A stretch of DNA of 16,250 nt. Origin: Deltaproteobacteria bacterium. Lineage in GTDB: Bacteria > Myxococcota_A > UBA796 > CAJQPC01. A program made the position numbers and the translations under genes. Where the stretch lies: contig JADJIW010000040.1 in NCBI GenBank assembly GCA_016706815.1, forward strand, positions 1-16,250. Reading direction: 5' to 3'. The notes beneath the pieces were generated by a model. It was not told where the DNA came from. It ran no database searches and worked only from the letters and a program-made list of their open reading frames with translations. Below, piece after piece: positions 14,349 to 16,250 of the stretch (the stretch's first letter is position 1; each line of letters starts with the position of its first letter).

Positions 14349-15821
14349 ATGTCCGGCAACACCTATGTGGTCCTGATTGGTGTCAACGAGTACCCCAAGC
14401 TTGGGGCGGGCGCCTCGCTCAAGGGCTCCTGCAACGACATGCGCCACTGGCTCCGCTTCGCCCGGGTGAGCCTCGGGGTGCCCGGCGAGCAGGTTCAGCT
14501 CCTCACCCACCCGGCCCTTGAGGGCGAAGACGTGCGGCTGCCCAAGGGCCACCACCGCGGCGCGAGCTTGGCCGAGGCGAACGGGGCGATCGACGCCCTC
14601 ATCCATTGGCTGCAAGAGAACCCCACGGGCACCGGGCTCATCGTGTACTCCGGCCACGGCGGCCACATCAACCCCGGCGACGACCCCAACGCCACGGACT
14701 TTGACGGCGACCGCCTCGCCTTGGGCCTCAGCGACGCGGAGATCACCGACGGCACCCTCCGCGGCGCCCTCGTCGTTCAGCAGCTTGACCTGCGCCTCGC
14801 CGCCTTGGGCTTGAACGAGCGCGTGACCTTGGTGATCGACGCCTGCTATGGCGACCTCAACGTGCAGCGTTTTGACCGGGAGCTGATCACCGCCGAGCCC
14901 CAGCCCGACGCCACGACCGGCCTGCGGGTGCTGCTCTCCACCGCCGTCGGCGCGGCCAGCTACGAGGCCTACATCGCCGGTCAGTGGCAGAGCGCCTACT
15001 CCTTCGCGCTCCTCACCTTGCTCAGCCAGTGGGGCAACGCCCAGGTGGGCGGCGTTCACATCGTCCGGGCGAGCCACCGCGAGCTGACCTTCCGGGCGCG
15101 TGAGCTGCTCAACGTGCTCGGCTACACCGACCAGGCCCCGGCCTTCGCGGGGGCGGCGCGGGCCCTGGACGCCCCGTTCAACAACCCGTCGATCTTTGAG
15201 GTGCCGGTGAGGCCCTCGTGGGTGCCGGACGGCAACCGGAAGATCAAGGAGCTGGGCGGGGACGCTGACGACCTGGGCGTGTGGACGTTGAAGACCGGCA
15301 GCACCATCCTCGCGACGGGGCTGGTGAACAACTCCGGCGCGGCGGTGAGCTTCAACGGCGGCGGCTCGACCATCCAGAACGGCAAGGCGATGTGGTACCT
15401 CCGCAGCACCGGGGCGCCGCAGAGCTTCAGCAGCCTCACGATGGAGTGGCTGGCGCAGACCGCCAGCGGCGGATCGATCTCGTGGAACGTGCCCTCCAAC
15501 CTCACCTATGCCGAGACCGAGGACTACGCGCCGTCGATGACGACGATCACCACGGCCCCGGCGGGCACCTCCTTCGGCAACTTCAGCATCATCGACGGCA
15601 ACAGCGACCCCAAGAGCATGTGGGTGTCCGTCGAGGTGACCTCCAACGGCGCGGGCAGCTACAAGGTCAACACCCTCTCGTTCACCGCGACGAGCAGCGT
15701 CACGCCCTACCAGGTCACCCCGTTGCCCCCGCCCGGCTCAAGCTCGGGGAGCTGGACCAAGAACCAGTCCAACATCCCCTTCACCGTCGGCGTGACCTAC
15801 TCCTCCAACACCCTCGGCTGA
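14349..15821 (+). CDS. Caspase-like cysteine peptidase (C14 family) with a ~210-aa uncharacterised C-terminal domain; no signal peptide
   Basis: YVVLIGVNEYPKLGAGASLKGSCNDM...GTGLIVYSGHGGH (catalytic His) ...RVTLVIDACYGD (catalytic Cys) match the caspase/metacaspase His-Cys dyad fold. The C-terminal residues ~280-490 are Ser/Thr/Asn/Gly-rich with Trp residues every ~30-45 aa (W312, W349, W379, W425, W469). Confidence 0.85.
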   Translation: MSGNTYVVLIGVNEYPKLGAGASLKGSCNDMRHWLRFARVSLGVPGEQVQLLTHPALEGEDVRLPKGHHRGASLAEANGAIDALIHWLQENPTGTGLIVYSGHGGHINPGDDPNATDFDGDRLALGLSDAEITDGTLRGALVVQQLDLRLAALGLNERVTLVIDACYGDLNVQRFDRELITAEPQPDATTGLRVLLSTAVGAASYEAYIAGQWQSAYSFALLTLLSQWGNAQVGGVHIVRASHRELTFRARELLNVLGYTDQAPAFAGAARALDAPFNNPSIFEVPVRPSWVPDGNRKIKELGGDADDLGVWTLKTGSTILATGLVNNSGAAVSFNGGGSTIQNGKAMWYLRSTGAPQSFSSLTMEWLAQTASGGSISWNVPSNLTYAETEDYAPSMTTITTAPAGTSFGNFSIIDGNSDPKSMWVSVEVTSNGAGSYKVNTLSFTATSSVTPYQVTPLPPPGSSSGSWTKNQSNIPFTVGVTYSSNTLG

Positions 15822-16250
15822 GGAACGGGCCACACCACCCGCAGCCCCATCGTTAAAAAATGGCGCTCTGGGGTGCTTCCGAAGCGGGTGGCGAGGCGCT
15901 GGGTCATCGGGGGGGAGCCATAAAAGCCCCCTCGCACCGCGCGGTGGGTGCCCGCCTCTGGGATATCCACCGCTCGCCCAGCCTGAACTGGCCCTCGCAC
16001 CGACCACCAGTTGCGACACCACGTTCGAGCGTTTCCAGCGAGGTCACGCACGCCGTAGGGCTCTCGTCACCCTCCACAGCCCCCAAAGGAAGCATACCGG
16101 GTGGTGAGGGTGAAGAGCCAAGCACCCGCGACCAGCGCGGCTCTATCTCCCGGCCCCAAGGGGTGAATCGCCCATCCACACCTCGCCCGGCCTTCTCGAT
16201 CTCAAGCTCGTTGGGCAGGTGTCCGCCCATCCAAGCGGCGGCGCGCGCGG
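15797..16250 (-). CDS. C-terminal part of an FGE-sulfatase (SUMF1/formylglycine-generating-enzyme-like) domain protein. Partial (start beyond the window). The frame is broken by a 1-nt deletion near 16060-16075.
   Basis: Two minus-strand ORF pieces carry consecutive FGE-family motifs: HLPNELEIEKAGRGVDGRFTPWG (compare LPTEAEWEYAARG...YPWG) in one frame, and PYGVRDLAGNARTWCRNWW...HRAVRGGFYGSPPMTQRLATRFG...MGLRVV (compare GLYDMAGNVWEW...RVVRGGSW...GFRVV) in the other. Stop at 15797-15799. Confidence 0.6.

Noticed and set aside
14289-15077. Minus-strand 262-aa ORF
   Set aside because: It is antisense to the caspase-domain coding region.
1-16250. CRISPR arrays, tRNA/rRNA genes, IS elements or integrases
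   Set aside because: I saw no regularly spaced direct repeats, cloverleaf-like segments, transposase-like or integrase-like ORFs. Only short G/C-rich low-complexity repeats typical of high-GC coding DNA are present.

Overview
High-GC window (roughly 70% G+C by eye), densely coding on both strands and bacterial in organisation: short or overlapping gene junctions, ATGA translational coupling, Shine-Dalgarno motifs. I found no rRNA, tRNA, CRISPR array, IS or transposase signature.

Gene content from left to right:
- A VapBC-like toxin-antitoxin pair (minus strand).
- A B12-binding radical SAM enzyme (minus strand) that is split by a 1-nt frameshift.
- A secreted hypothetical protein (plus strand).
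- A three-gene molybdenum hydroxylase operon of the xanthine dehydrogenase/CO dehydrogenase family (minus strand) in the order 2Fe-2S subunit, Mo subunit, FAD subunit. Its FAD subunit carries a Cys-rich insertion reminiscent of 4-hydroxybenzoyl-CoA reductase HcrB.
- A membrane-anchored Hanks-type Ser/Thr kinase (minus strand, also split by a 1-nt frameshift) lying 15 nt upstream of that operon on the same strand.
- A lipoprotein with a CusF-like N-domain fused to an SCO1/SenC-like domain (minus strand).
- A small 73-codon ORF (plus strand).
- A 599-aa polytopic membrane protein (plus strand).
- A 33-codon upstream ORF coupled by an ATGA overlap to a 186-aa hypothetical (plus strand).
- An FHA-domain protein (minus strand).
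- A caspase-like (peptidase C14) protein with an unrecognised C-terminal domain (plus strand), transcribed divergently from the FHA gene.
- The 3' part of an FGE-sulfatase (SUMF1-like) domain protein (minus strand, frameshifted, start beyond the window end), which overlaps the caspase gene tail-to-tail by 25 nt.

The most interesting region is 13.2-16.25 kb: the FHA protein, the caspase-like protease and the FGE-like sensor-type domain sit within about 6 kb of the Ser/Thr kinase. A recurring issue is single-nucleotide frameshifts in G/C runs that split at least three clearly homologous genes; this looks more like assembly error than biology and should be resolved before interpretation. Lineage is inference only: the GC content, Pro-rich linkers and the kinase/FHA/caspase mix are Myxococcota-like.
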